A stretch of 64,000 nucleotides of DNA from positions 10,106,001 through 10,170,000 of the forward strand of contig NC_045706.1 in assembly GCF_009834535.1 (NCBI RefSeq), written 5' to 3'. Shown piece by piece: positions 49,016-61,599 of this stretch; the stretch's first letter is position 1; each line of letters opens with the position of its first letter. This DNA comes from Camelus ferus (taxonomy: Eukaryota). A program made the translations under genes and the position numbers. Under the pieces are notes generated by a model, which saw nothing but the letters and a program-made list of their open reading frames with translations, made no database searches and had not been told where the DNA came from.

Positions 49016-50325
49016 AAGAGCCTAAATCCTTTTGTGTCTCTTATACAAATTCTTCTTTTCAGAATTAGCAACTTATTTTACTCCTGTCAGACTCTTTGAA
49101 CACAAAGCTATTCTTGTTTATCTACCGTTTGATGTGCTTGACATCTAATTAACTAAAAATTTACAAGTCCTCAGAGGCCAGCTGATAGCTTCTGCCTTGA
49201 AAGAAACAAAGGCTGGACTTGCTTGGATGAGATAAAGAAAAGTTGCTCACTCACAACACATGAGAATAATGAATACTAGATAAATTCTTTCCAGGAGGGT
49301 GATGCACCAATTTCCTTTTCAGCTTCTCCAGGCTTTGCAAAATCGTCTTCTATTCCTATTTCCCCACCTCCACACCTGTTATTATTTCAAAGCCAATGAA
49401 TGAGAATGCACAAGGCAAATATGGGCAAGATCCCAAAAGATGAAAGTAAGGAAATGCAAAATGAGACTCTATTTGGATGGTACCTTGGTTTTTTCTATTA
49501 TTCTTGGGGAATTATGCCAAATTATTTCTTTTCTTTAACAAGCGTATTAAAAAGCAACCCAACATTCATTAACTATGATTTTACAAATAGCTGCCTAGCA
49601 TAGCCTGCAGAAAGTGACAGTCACCAAGTACATAGAATACAGTGTGCCAGGAACAGGGGAGAGAAGGACATTTTTTTCCCATCTGGCCTTCAAAGTAGTA
49701 GTTCAGGAACTTAGCTTTAGCTTAGCTTTAGCTTAGCTTTATATTTAAAAAAAAAAAAAGTGATCAATTCAAATTTAAGCATTTACTTTGAATGTCACCC
49801 AGCCCCAACCACCACCACCACCACCACCACACACAAACAAGGTCTTGATATTGTTGTAGATTTGAGTGTGAAAGCAAATCTCTAACAATAAGAAGGATGT
49901 TTGTCCACTCTTTGAGTTTGGCTAGGCTCACTGGATTGCAGGGCCATTCAATAGTTCCAAAGGTTATTATACCATACGTCCTGGAGGTGAAGTGATTTCT
50001 GCTGTGTCCCTGACTCATGTCACTGTGTGGGTGGTGGTGTTCTGGCCAACAATGAGCATCAGAATTTGGGATTGAGTGACTTTTATAGCCATCTCACTAG
50101 GTTCTGAGAGCTCTCCAGGGCTGACAGCACAGGGCTAATTAGAAAGGCAACTCAAGTAATTGACTAGGTAATGAGGGGAAATGCCTGTGATTTAACTTTC
50201 ACCTACTATTGTTCCCCGTGGGGCTTTGGAGGGGAAGTAATCACCTCCTCATTACTGCAAAGTGTTACTTGATGTGTGTTTTGTTGTTGCTGCCGTATTT
50301 GTTCCTTCCTCTGAACTCTGAGTTA

Positions 50326-50785
50326 CAGGCAGACCTCGCTGTTTATTGTCCTTCACAGATTCTGCGCTTTTCAGATTGAAGGTTTNNNNNNNNNNNNNNN
50401 NNNNNNNNNNNNNNNNNNNNNNNNNNNNNNNNNNNNNNNNNNNNNNNNNNNNNNNNNNNNNNNNNNNNNNNNNNNNNNNNNNNNNNNNNNNNNNNNNNNN
50501 NNNNNNNNNNNNNNNNNNNNNNTTTGATCTGTGCTCTTTGATGTTATTATTGCAAACGATTATGACTTGCTAAAGGCTCAGATAATAGCAGTTTTTTAAG
50601 CAATAAAGTACTATTTAATTAAGAAATGTACATTTTTTTAGACATAATGCACACTTTAATAGACTACAGTAGAGTGTGAGCATAACATTTAGATGCACTG
50701 GGAAACCAAAAAATGTGTGTCTTGTGATAGTCATTTTATCGCAGTGGTCTGGAACCAAACTTGCAACATCTGGAAGCTCTGCCTG
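50326..50785 (+). mobile_element. Non-autonomous Tigger1 deletion derivative (contains N gap 50386-50522)
   Basis: TA|caggcagacctcg...; other end gtggtctggaaccaaacttgcaacatc...tctgcctg; both termini present. Confidence 0.85.
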
Positions 50786-51334
50786 CATTTGTTCCGAGGT
50801 GGCTTGAGCTTCGCTTAGGTATTCCCCCAAGAGCCCCTGAGTTTCCAAGAGCTGAACGTGAAACAGCAAAACGCAGCAGTGAGCTAGTCTTACGCTTCCC
50901 CCAGTGCCTGAATTCCTTCCTCGGCAGACCCTGTGTCTGGTCTCCGCTTGCACACCTCCAGGTAGGAAACTCACTACCTCACTTGGAAGCCCATTTCTCT
51001 GCTTAACACTGAACTGAAGTCTCTCGCCTACTCAATGCTTCTAATTCTTCCTTTCGTCATATAAACGACGAGTCTACTCAAGTTTTCAAGTGATGGCTCT
51101 TCCGTCCTACCCTGCTCCAAGCCCTTCCACCCCTCCCCAAACCCCATCACCTCCCGTGTCCTCCCCGCTAGACAGTGACACTGCAATAAAATTCTGACCC
51201 TCTCAGTTTCTTTTTCTTTTCCCTTCTTTTGCTGCTTTTTTCCCCCTCTGTTCTTCCATCCTTCCTCTCCTCCTTTTTCCTTCCTTCCTTTTTTCCTTCT
51301 TTCTCTCCCTCTTTCCTTCCTTTCTTATTAAAAA

Positions 51335-51675
51335 GCATCAGAGAAAGACAGATATTGTATGATATCACTTATACGTGGCATCTAAAAAATACAGCAAGCT
51401 AATGAATATAACAAAAAAGGAACAGACTCACAGATAGAACAAACTAGTGGTTACCAGTGGGGAGAGGAAAGAGGGAGAAGGATATAGGAGTAAGGGATTA
51501 AGAGGTACAAACTATTAGGTATAAAATAAACTACAAGGATATATTGCACAATATAGGGAATATAGCCAATATTTTATAATAAATATGAATAGAGTATAAC
51601 CTTTAAAAATTATGAATCAGTATATTGTACACCTGTAACTTCTATAGTATTGTCCATCAACATACTTAAATAAAA
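51335..51675 (+). mobile_element. L1 (L1MA9-like) 3' end
   Basis: atcacttatacgtggcatctaaaaaatac...ggttaccagtggggagagg...ggattaagaggtacaaactattaggtataaaataa. Confidence 0.85.
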
Positions 51676-51703
51676 ATCCACATATATATACAATTTGAAA
51701 CAT

Positions 51704-52071
51704 TGTTCAGAAACCCCATGATATGCCAAGTAAATCTGAAGATCTAATTGGCTGTGTTCAAGAATTCATGAGTCAGGCAACATCCTATCTAGTAAACAGA
51801 AAGGAGCTCAGAGGTGTTTTTATAGGCAGGAAGGTGGGGCAAGAAGCTATTAGCAAAAGAAAAGAAAGGATTGTTTCAGGCCAAGTAACCTTCTCTGGGG
51901 GGAAGGGAACAGCAGGGATCTTTCAGATGCAATTATCTCACTAGTGTCGATCCTTGATCAGAAAATTTCAGATATACAATTTTTAAAGGTCATTTCTGGG
52001 AGGAGTTGAAACAGCAATCAAGTCTTGGGGAGCAAATGACATCATGCTTGGCTTGTTATTTCTTTTTAACA
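51704..52071 (-). mobile_element. ERV1-type solo LTR
   Basis: tgttcag...aagatctaattggctgtgttcaagaattcatgagtcaggcaacatcc...tttttaaca. Confidence 0.7.
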
Positions 52072-52992
52072 TTTCCCCGTAATTTTCTATTTTGTTAGAA
52101 GTGCAGGGATCATCATTTCTGTTTGTTAATTATGTTGATGTCTCTCCCAAGTGTTCTATTCCCCTAATGTTAGACAACTGGGAGAGATTGTTCTGAAAGT
52201 CAGAGAGAGCAGACAAGAGTGTTCTGACTGGAGAATTCATTGTGAGGCCAAGACACGTCGATGTCTTCTCTCCAGAATCTCTGTTAGTCATTCCTACTGA
52301 CTCATAGTAGTTCCCTCTCTGAGCAGAAGTTTCCTTGAGGCCAGCCCCCACCATATGGCTGTTTTGACTGAGGGAAGAATTCAAAGTGATGTTTACAAAG
52401 CAAAGCGGTCTTGTGACTCCCAGGCAGCAGATCGGTGTCAAGTGGAAGAGGCCAGGCTTGACCGCCCAGCGTAGCCCTGGATGGCACCGCCAGAAGTGTC
52501 ATTTTAACCTCCACCCTCTGCATCGCAACTACGCAACAAATGCTTGACTACAGATGTCAGGGCGTAAGTGGGTAACTCTCCAGGCAGACCACACAGCCAA
52601 ACCTCCACTTCTCTCCCACCTTGCCTGGGAAGCTCTCTTCCCTTTATTGAGACCATCGTTCTCCGTCCTCACCCAGTGTTGAGGTCCACAAGTGCAGGAA
52701 TGTTTGTCTGTTTTGTGCACTGATGTCTCCTCAATGCCTGAGTCACAGCTCGCCATGCAGACTCATGCTGCTTCTGCCCCTCCCATCCCTGGAAGACCGT
52801 TCCTGTCTCCCTGCCCACTCTGGAACACCCAGCACCGTCCCCACAATAACCTCAGGCCATCAAGAAAAGCAGGTTTTCAGAGCCTGGGGGAGAGAGAAAC
52901 CCAGAGAACAGGACAGCAAAGGCTCCCATCCTTTCTGATTTCCCCTTCAGCAAAGACAGAACCCAAACCAATATCTCAGTAAATCATCTTAC

Positions 52993-53042
52993 CTTTCATA
53001 GACCAGCCAATGAGCACTCAGCATTATTTATCCATCTTTTAG
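52993..53042 (-). other. Candidate 50-nt exon (xKRWINNAECSLAGL*K in the phase 1 frame)
   Basis: Acceptor gtcttctttttccctgacAG and donor AAG|GTAAGA; all three frames contain a stop. Confidence 0.35.
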
Positions 53043-53678
53043 CTGTCAGGGAAAAAGAAGACATGAGTGTGAAGATAATTACAAAGATTTCAAAGGTCTT
53101 TCTCACTGAAATGATGAAGTTTGAGAAGTTCCTCTCTCCAGTCCCTGAATAATGAGATAGCATTCGCAGCCATAAAGGGATTTTTCTTTCTCTTTTGTGG
53201 AACAAAAGAGCTCAACTTTCCATGTCGGGGAGGCAGATGAAGTTCTACACAGACTGCCAGACTCAGCGCCCATCAGCACAGGTGGCCAGAGAGAGGGGAG
53301 GAGGGAGGGAGGGAGGGGCAGAGAAACACTGGGAGAGGAGGAGAGAGCTTAGAAGTCACAGACAGACATCAATGCACAGAAACCCAGAAAAGACGCTCTG
53401 AAGGACAGGATGGAGACAGAAAAGGAATCACCAAAAAGAAAACAGCAAGAGTTAGAGCACACCAGTGCTGAACTGCAGATTAAATGCTCTATCATTCCCC
53501 AAACTTAACTAATTTCTCATTAAAGCAGTAGCTATACCATGTAGGTACCTTGGGGGAAAAATGATTTCATTTAATGAGCTGTCTTATTGCAAACCTGTTT
53601 CAAGGATCAGCCTCTTAAAGAAATAATATGTTTGCTATCCTTTGCCTGCCCTCGCTTTCCAGGCACTTCTCCACGTGT

Positions 53679-54161
53679 GCAGGCAGACCTCGGAGATATT
53701 GCGGGCTTGGTTCCAGATCCCCGCAATAAAGCAAATATTGAAATACAGTGAGTCGCTCGAGTTTTTTGGTCTCTGCGTGCTTAAAAGGTGTGTTTACACT
53801 AGTCTGTAGTCTACTAAGTGTGTAACAGCATTATGTCTAAACAAGTGTACATATCTTAATTTTAAAATGCTTTGTTGCTAAAAAATGCTAACCGTCATCT
53901 GAGTCTCCAGTGAGTCACAGTAGTAACGTCCAAGATCATTGATCACTGATCACCATAATGAATATAGTAGTGATGAAAAAGTTGGAAACGTTGGGAGAAT
54001 TACCAAAATGTGACACAGAGTCATGAAATGAGCAAATGCTGTTGGGAAAATGGCACCAATAGACTTGCTTGATGCACGGTTGCCACAAACCTTCCATTGG
54101 TAGAAAATGCAGTGTCTGTGAAGTACAATAAAGCAAAGCTCAATAAATCGAGGGGTGCCTG
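53679..54161 (-). mobile_element. Non-autonomous Tigger1 deletion derivative
   Basis: caggcagacctcggagatattgcgggcttggttccaga...ctcaataaatcgaggggtgcctg|TA. Confidence 0.9.
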
Positions 54162-54265
54162 TACTTGGGGTTTTGAATTTGTTCTCTCCTAGCCCTCTGG
54201 GTATCGAATTAAAAGCTCCCTTGGCCTCTTCTGTTCTGGTCTTTCTAGCAAATACCTTTTGGTTT

Positions 54266-54602
54266 TGTAAAAAATTAATAAACAAGAGCCCTCAATTAAA
54301 GAGTTGGGGGACCAGAAGGCGGAGCTCTCACACTCTACAGCAGCAGAGCCCAACAGGGAGAGGAAAGACTCCTCCTCCATCCTGGCAAGAACTCAGCCCA
54401 CACAAAGCCGCGGCGTCTTTGTTTATTATGTCTTCCCGACTTTCTTTTCCCCTCTATAAAAGCATTCTCCTTCCCTTGCCATGTGGGGACTCGTACACGG
54501 CTTGCCAGGGTTGTAGACCCTGAACTGCAATTCTCTGCTGCTCCAGAATAAACCCATTTTTGCTGAAGAAACAGCTGGCAGGCTATTTGTTTCAGGTCAG
54601 CA
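54266..54602 (+). mobile_element. ERV1-type solo LTR, same family as 33454-33778
   Basis: tgtaaaaaattaataaac...ctctATAAAAgc...ccagAATAAAccc...ttcaggtcagca. Confidence 0.8.
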
Positions 54603-55239
54603 GTTTGCAGACACGTTGATATGTTTTAATGAACCAGCCTGGGGCTCTAAGTGTGTGATAGACGGCTTCTTAAAAGATCTTTGTAAAGCTGTGATAAATT
54701 GTATCATTTGAGAAGGGGTTGAAACTAGTGTGATGGTTAATACTTAGGTTATAAAAGGAAGGCTTCTGTTAAGTTGGTTGGTTTGCTTTGTTCACGGTCT
54801 CTGGGCTTGGCTGATATGTTGCTGGTGTTATTTTGGCTTCTCCCTCCACAGAGATAAATGTGATAGCGCTTTGAACCTTCTGAAACACTTTCAGGAGAAG
54901 AAGCATTCCATACTCTATAAGAAGGGAAGGCCAGGAGATTCTATTTTACTCAAGATGGCCCTCAGGGAACTGTGGAGTAATCGGAGTGACATGAGACCAG
55001 GAATGAAGAATTCTCTCACTTTTCCATGTGTCACCTTGAGTAGGTGACCTGAACTTGATGAGCTGCCGTTAGAGGGATAATGGTGAGAAATACTAAGATG
55101 ATGTGCCCATTCATTAATTCCGCAGCCTACCAAGGGCCTCCTCTGTGTCAGACCCTGGGGGCAGAACTGTGAATGAGACAGAGGGGATCCCGGCTCTCAC
55201 GAGACCTACACTCTGGTGAGGGCAGAAAGGGGAAAAAAA

Positions 55240-55624
55240 TGTATCTGTTTGCTAAAGTTGCAGTAACAAAGTACCACAGACGGGCACCTTAAACCACAGA
55301 CGTGTATGTATCATCTCAGTTCTGGAGCCAGAAGTCCGAGACCAAGGCGTCAGCAGAGTGGGCTCCTTCCGAGAGCTGTGAGTGAGGGTCTGTTCCAGGC
55401 CTCTCTCCCCGGCTTGTCGATGGTCTTCCCTCTGTGGGTCTGTCTCCAAATATACCCCCCTTCTGAGAACACTGGTCATATTGGATTAGGGCTCACCCTA
55501 ATGACCTCCTTTTACCTTGATTACCTCTGTAAAGACCCTCTCTCTCTATAAGGTCACAGCCTAAGGTACTGGGGGTTAGGATTTCAATACATGAATTTTG
55601 AGGGATGCAATTCAACCTGTAAGA
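55240..55624 (-). mobile_element. MLT1B/C-like solo LTR
   Basis: tgtatctgtttgcta...taacaaagtaccacaga...ggtcatattggattagggctcaccctaatgacctc...ggtactgggggttaggatttcaatacatgaattttg. Confidence 0.9.
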
Positions 55625-55964
55625 ATCTATGAATAATGTAATTGTGACATGAAGGAACTTAATAGGAAAATCTGAGAGAAAAGTAATTGCGCATGTGTGT
55701 AGGGGGGTGTTGTGAGAAGAGAAACAGAGGGCCGACATGGTGAGGGATGCTCTGAGGAGGGGGCTTCTGAGCTGAGACCAGAAGAGAAAGAGAAAGAGCC
55801 AGGCTCAGAGGAGCTGGGGTGGAGCTGCTGGGTGCAGAGGGCACAGGGATGCAGTGACAATAGACAGAAAGGAGGGAGCCCCCAGAATAGACAGAAGTCC
55901 AAACAAAAGGCCACGTATTGGGTGATGGTATATATATGCCATTCTACAAGAGGCACAACTTTAA

Positions 55965-56175
55965 CAACAGAAAGCAGATCCAGGGCACCTGGGGCCAGAG
56001 ATGGAGGAAGGCTCGGAGAGCGTAGGAGCAAAAGGAAACTTCCAGGATGGGGGAGCAGTTCTGCATCTCATGATGCTGGTGGTTCTGTAACCTATACAAT
56101 AATCAAAGTTTAAAAAGCTAGGTGCTGAAAACAGGTGACATTTATTCTATGTAAACAATACCTTAATAAAGAAGG
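55965..56175 (+). mobile_element. L1 (L1MD-like) 3' end
   Basis: gttctgcatctcatgatgctggtggttc...ttattctatgtaaacaataccttaataaa. Confidence 0.6.
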
Positions 56176-57684
56176 AACACAGTTATGTTGTGATCTCTTT
56201 TGTGTGAAACTTACAGGATTCAAGCCATGTTAAGTAGTTCAAAATGGAGTCACAACGGCTAATGTGAACATCCGTGTTAGTTGTTTCAAAATGTCTGCTG
56301 GAGGACTGTGAGCATCTTAGACTGGCAAACTAAGGGTGCCACCTGCGATGAGAAGTCTGATGGGCCACGTACATCACTGGAACTAAAGCCACTGTTAGAG
56401 CAAGACTCCCTCCCCAGAGGGAACTGCTGCTCCTTAAAAAGAGACCCCAGAGCCGAGCGGCTGAAAGGCTCTACTGCCGGAGGACCGACTCCACGCCGCT
56501 GGGACGGCTGTGTGCTAACTGTGTGCAATACACTCTGCGAGTCGTGAACTGAATATCCACGACGTGTCCTAGGTCTCCAGTCCCGTGACTCTTACCTGGC
56601 CTCACCGCTGGGCCCTGGGACACACACGCATGTGCACACGCACAAAGGCTTTGGCTCGAGTGGATCACGGGCTAGGAGGCAGAGGCAGATGTGGTGATGC
56701 AGGTAGGAGGCGTCACAGTAGCTTAGGTGAGAGAAGGTGACAGAGGGTGGCAACAGTGAAGCTGGGGAGAGTGGGTAAGTGAGGAGTGGTTCCGTCACAG
56801 GAAATGCCTAGGATCTGGGTTTCAGTGGATGAGTCCACAGTGGCCCCACAGTACACAGAACACGGCACTGGCTGAAAGATCAACCAAAATGAAACATTAT
56901 CATTTCCGAGACCCCTCCTCCCGGAGTAGAGGACACGCTAAGAACAGCCCCGCAGAGCGGTCTCCTCTCTAAGCTGTCCCTCGGGGAGAAAGGGAGGCGG
57001 CCGCAGGGCTCATGAGGATCACTTGTGAGTGTTCACTGGATTCCGGGTCCTCCTTCCCCAGGGTCTAATTCAGGAGCTCGGGGGCAGCACCCGGGAATCA
57101 GTCATCAGATGAACAAGGAAACCACCCTGGCCCCGTGTGCATGTGACCTGAGGACCTGGGGAAAGGGAACAAGGAAAAACGCTGGGACTCTCCCTTCCAA
57201 GCCCCCTTACCTCTGCGGCTGGCCACAGGACAGGTCCAGCCGGCGTAGATGGATTCCAAGCAGGTTCACTCCGTGAGGGCAGAAGAGTCTTGCATATCAC
57301 AGCTCTCAGGCTGGGCTCTGTTTGCGCTGTCTGCCACCTGCTTTGCCAAAGAGAATGAGTCAGTAACCTCTCACATCCAAAAAAGACCAGGGGCTGGGGA
57401 ACAAATCCCTCTATTCTTGGCCATTTTATTAGTGCATTGCAACGTTACATTTCCTTCACCTTAATAGAGCATGAAATTAAAATATACGGATCCACAAAAA
57501 CACCTGCCTTTTGTGAACCAGCTCAAACTGTTAATTATGTCTCCTAAGGATCCTGCCATGCACTTCGTGTTATTAAGTCCTTTGTAATTTAATTACAATT
57601 TAATGAGAGCTTTACATAGCCTCTCCTAGGCCTTTCAATTTAATCATCAGCATTAACAATGTTCTATTCTTTGTTATTTTTCAG

Positions 57685-57707
57685 AGTCCTTCCATTTATC
57701 TTTAAAT
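57685..57707 (+). other. Candidate 23-nt micro-exon in an AT/TAAT-rich unique segment
   Basis: ttctattctttgttatttttcAG|agtccttccatttatctttaaat|GTAAGT. Confidence 0.35.
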
Positions 57708-59209
57708 GTAAGTATTTATATTAAATTTACATTCCATGGTCCAGAATTTTAAAGCCATCATTAACTGAAGGGTAACTCATTTTCAGCCTGTTTGCTATGC
57801 GGTGTATGGGTAAAACTAGAATCAAAGTATATGGGCTACATGGGGTGAGGTTTTTTTGTTTGTGATTTTTTTACCAGTAGGTAGCAAAGGATCCTCTTCC
57901 TGCCGTTTCACTACTGACTTTATTTTGAAAATTACGGAATTTTTAGTTAAATCAGAATATTGTTTAGATTTCTAAATTGTCTATGTATTTTGGCTCTGGA
58001 TTTAAAATTATACCTTATGAATGTCTATGATTTAGCTTTTAAAGTATCTCACACGTGTTTTTAAATTTGCTTGCGAGGGTAACTGCTGCAATTTAAAAAT
58101 ATCTTGACTTTGGACTGATGTCAATTCAAGACTTCCCCTCCCCCGACCCCACAGCAGGATGGTCGCTCCGTAGCTCGGTGCCCACGCAGGTTTGGAAGGA
58201 CCACAGCTGGAGAGGGCTGCACTGGGGCCCATCTGACAAGGTCTTTACAAAGGGGGACATGCACTCCCTGGGCTGAGCCCACAGAGGAGACGGCTGATCA
58301 AAGACACCCTGATGGTTCTAAGTGGCACGCCCAGCGCAGAGCTTCTCAGGGGACCACTTACACAGCCACTCGAGTCTTTCCAAACGCAGTCTGTTACCTG
58401 ATCTGCTGGCAAGTGACAGTCCTCTGACATCAAAGATGCGCCCCTTCACAGCAGGCTGAGGAATCTGGAGAACCTCTTGGTGCATCTGATCAGAACTGAA
58501 CGAAGGGACGCTCACGGCTTTGAAAAGAACAAGCTGGAAAAGGAGCGGCGTGCTCTGCACCCAGGCTAAAACCTGTCCTGGACTGGCAGCCTTCAAACAA
58601 TGTGAAGAGCTGAGCCAGACACAGCGTATTCCTGATTCTGCTCTGGCACCTTCTGCCGGAGCCCTATCACGCTGAAATGCCGCCTGCCAGACAGGAATGG
58701 GAACATGCTGCTGCTTGAAGAAGCCTCTGAGCACTGGGATCCTAAGGGGGAAGACCTCCCACCCGGAGGGAGGCTGCTGCTCACCTGCAGCATCACCCAG
58801 CCGTTCCCGTGAGAGGATATGGTACCCATGAGCCCTCAGAAAACCACAGTGACCTACCCCCCAAGCTTGGCAGTCAGGCACCTTTATTTTCACCGTGTTT
58901 GGCGGAAGCCTACTTGTGAGGTTATTCATCTCATTTCCTTCTGGATTCAGTGACCTCAACAGCCCTAGACATACTAAGGCTGCGGCTCTAAGCTGCAACT
59001 CCATTTCAGACTCACATGCTCTGAGGGGCTGACTGTTCATTCTGGAAGGTTCTCCACCTTTGGCCCCAAGCTCAGCACCTAGAATGGCTACACTCAGAGC
59101 TGGCTTTGGGCCGGCTCCCCACCCTGGCTGCAGACCGGTATAAAACTCCTTCATCCCTGTATGACCTTTGTGTGCTGAATGGCCAACATCACGTCTCCAG
59201 GTGGGAGTT

Positions 59210-59215
59210 TTTATT
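59210..59215 (-). terminator. Candidate polyadenylation signal AATAAA
   Basis: tttatt on the plus strand, about 330 nt past the TGA at 59543; GT-rich gtgatgttgg follows on the minus strand. Confidence 0.45.
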
Positions 59216-59542
59216 ATGTTTTACAACCATGAAAACACAGGACGGAGGCTGTGACAGCAAACCTTTCAGACAGAGGAATCGACCAAGATGCACCCGCCCA
59301 CCCTTACAGCCCCCTTCCACACGTCTCTCAGAGAATGTTCCTGGGTCCTTCCTTCGCAAATTCAGGAGGGTTGAAAGTAGACATTTAAAGTAGCAGGAAC
59401 ACCGTCGGCAAAATGGAAGCAGAAGATAACTTTGAGAAAGAACTGATGAGAAACACAATACAGAAAACCTCTTCTCTGGTGTTACGAGGTCGGGGTGGAA
59501 GAGTGTGCCCTGGGCTCAGCGTCCATCCTCCCGAGGTCCGGG

Positions 59543-59690
59543 TCATACGGGGCCCTCGGTGACCCCCTCCAGGGGCAGGCTGGGGGCGCTGTCGGCTGGG
59601 GGCCTCTCGTCTTTCTTCAGCGAGGTCGGGACTCGGAGACTGACATAGGGTTTGTGACAAGCTGTGTTGGCCAGAGGAGGGTAGTGCTGT
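59543..59690 (-). CDS. Candidate terminal coding exon: xQHYPPLANTACHKPYVSLRVPTSLKKDERPPADSAPSLPLEGVTEGPV*
   Basis: Acceptor tttttgcctacatttgctacAG; GC3-rich codons; in phase with the 83-nt exon across an 89-nt pyrimidine-rich GT-AG intron. Confidence 0.55.
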
Positions 59691-59779
59691 CTGTAGCAAA
59701 TGTAGGCAAAAATGAGGCCAATGACTCCGCCAACAAAAGAATCTGGGAGGAAAGAGCAAAACCAGGAGAAATGCCTTAC

Positions 59780-59862
59780 GATTCGTTCAAATGTGGCCAG
59801 TTATGTTTTCCAGAAAGCATTTTTCCTACCGGTTCCAATGACTGGCTTGCTTGTTGGACCCC
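59780..59862 (-). CDS. Candidate exon (83 nt): GVQQASQSLEPVGKMLSGKHNWPHLNE(S), or the alternative frame GPTSKPVIGTGRKNAFWKT*
   Basis: Acceptor ctcttccctttggtctttcAG and donor atc|GTAAGG. Confidence 0.6.
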
Positions 59863-60659
59863 CTGAAAGACCAAAGGGAAGAGAGACCACACTGGAGGTA
59901 TAAATCTTGGTGCCCTCTGCAAACTCATCATTTCTAGAACTTAAACACTCCTTTTAAGTGTGTACTTGATTCTCCCTTCTCTATAAAATATGCATCTGAG
60001 CATGGCACAAACTCAGATTTGCATTCTTGATTTTGAAAATCAATTCTGAATTCTGGAAGAAGAACTCCAGCCATCTCTAGGGGATCTAAATGCCCTCAGG
60101 GGCTGTGATTTCTTTTTCTTTCGCGAGTTCCTACTAGAGTCCTGCAGTCTTGCCGGTGCACCACAGAAACCCTGCAGGCGCACCGGTCTCTCCCCCGCAG
60201 TAAGTGACTTCCCAGGGATGAATGACGCTTCTGAGTCACAAAGTGAATAAAACATTTTATAACACAGTAGGATTGGCTGACTCAGCAGACCTAGTGGGAG
60301 GGGCCAATCCCTCCAACAAACCAGAGGTTTCATCGCGTGAGGAGGGTAGACAAGGCAAGGGAGGGTGTCTGCAGGCCAAACAGGCCCCTCTCCACGGCAC
60401 GGCCCCTTGCATTCAAAGAGGGCATTCAGCTGGTGCCCAACAGAGACCCCATGAAAGCAGCCCACCCCAAAACCCCTCATTCTGTGTGAGTGCGTGTGTG
60501 CACATGTGCCCTTTAAACAGTGTCTATGGGTTATTCTTGCCAAAACGATGACAAAGCAATGGGAACCCTCCCTGACAAAAGCAACTTGGAACCCTTGCAG
60601 AGGCCCCTGCCAGCCTGAGCGGTCATTCTTAATTTGAGGGTTTCCACGGTCATCTTCAT

Positions 60660-60830
60660 AATCTTGTTGAATTGCCCACATCTGCTATGGGCCGTAGCCT
60701 CAGCCCATTTTACAGAGGAAATTCAGGCTCAGAGAGGCCCACAGAGCTCTCCACAGCCACACCCCTTGTCAATGACAGAGCTGGACTTGAACCCTGGGGT
60801 CCTGACTCTGCACCCGCGCTGCTCCTTGGG
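60660..60830. mobile_element. MIR fragment
   Basis: cccattttacagaggaaattcaggctcagagagg...cagagctggacttgaaccc. Confidence 0.75.
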
Positions 60831-61213
60831 CTGTTCTCACACCCTGGCACGTTCATTCCAGGCTTTCTGATATCCCAGCTTTCAGAACACGGCATGCACT
60901 TGGGGTTCAGGTGAGGAGCAATGGCTTTGCTTAACTGATCAGCGCCCAGGATGGTACATTTCCAGATACTTCCCAGTACGCAACACACTGCGTACAGACC
61001 TCGTTTAAGTCACAAGCTGACCCTTCTGGGTCTCCTGCAAGGGAGTCTGGGGTGGTCATCAAGGAAATTTATCTTCCAAGAAAACAAACTGTTCAACACT
61101 GAGATTTCTTCATTCCAGGTATCAGTCCTTTCGTTATATAGGTATCCTGGCTCCCTCTAGAATAACCGGGATCATTTCTGAGGGAGGGGGACAATATTTT
61201 GGTATTTTATTAC

Positions 61214-61248
61214 CTTTTGAAGAATTGCTTCTACCTTCAGCATTTTTC
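61214..61248 (-). CDS. Candidate exon (35 nt): xKMLKVEAILQK, or KNAEGRSNSSK in another frame
   Basis: Acceptor attttgctgttagtctAG and donor AAG|GTAATA. Confidence 0.5.
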
Positions 61249-61599
61249 CTAGACTAACAGCAAAATGTTTAATAGTTCTGTAATAAATAGCTTTAAGCTA
61301 TTTTAAATAAATTTGGCAATTTAGTACATGTAATTTTATTTGTAAATAGCTGCCAAGCAGGTAAGGAACATAGGCATTTCTGTGATGGCAGCATGAAACC
61401 CACTGTGTGCAGACCAAGTGCCCAGCCACCACTCTGGAGCCTGGAGTGGGGACAAGCAGCTAGTGATGGTTCTTCAAGGGTAAATAGATGAGGTTATCCT
61501 CCCAATCAACATCCTTCCCGTTGCTCTTAGGGACTTGACTTCAAGGCTACACACCTAGTCCTGTCAAGCCCCACAGCCATCTCCAGCCCCCAACTCTAC

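Noticed and set aside
49711-49742. (TTAGC/TTAGCT)n telomere-like repeat
   Set aside because: Only about 5 units, not TTAGGG, and next to a poly(A) run; simple slippage
58318-59154. Longest ORF (278 aa, minus strand)
   Set aside because: GC-rich, no recognisable domain, TTG start, and lies past the candidate poly(A) signal
60040-60681. 213-aa minus-strand ORF
   Set aside because: Starts in a MIR, lies within a predicted intron, no domain features
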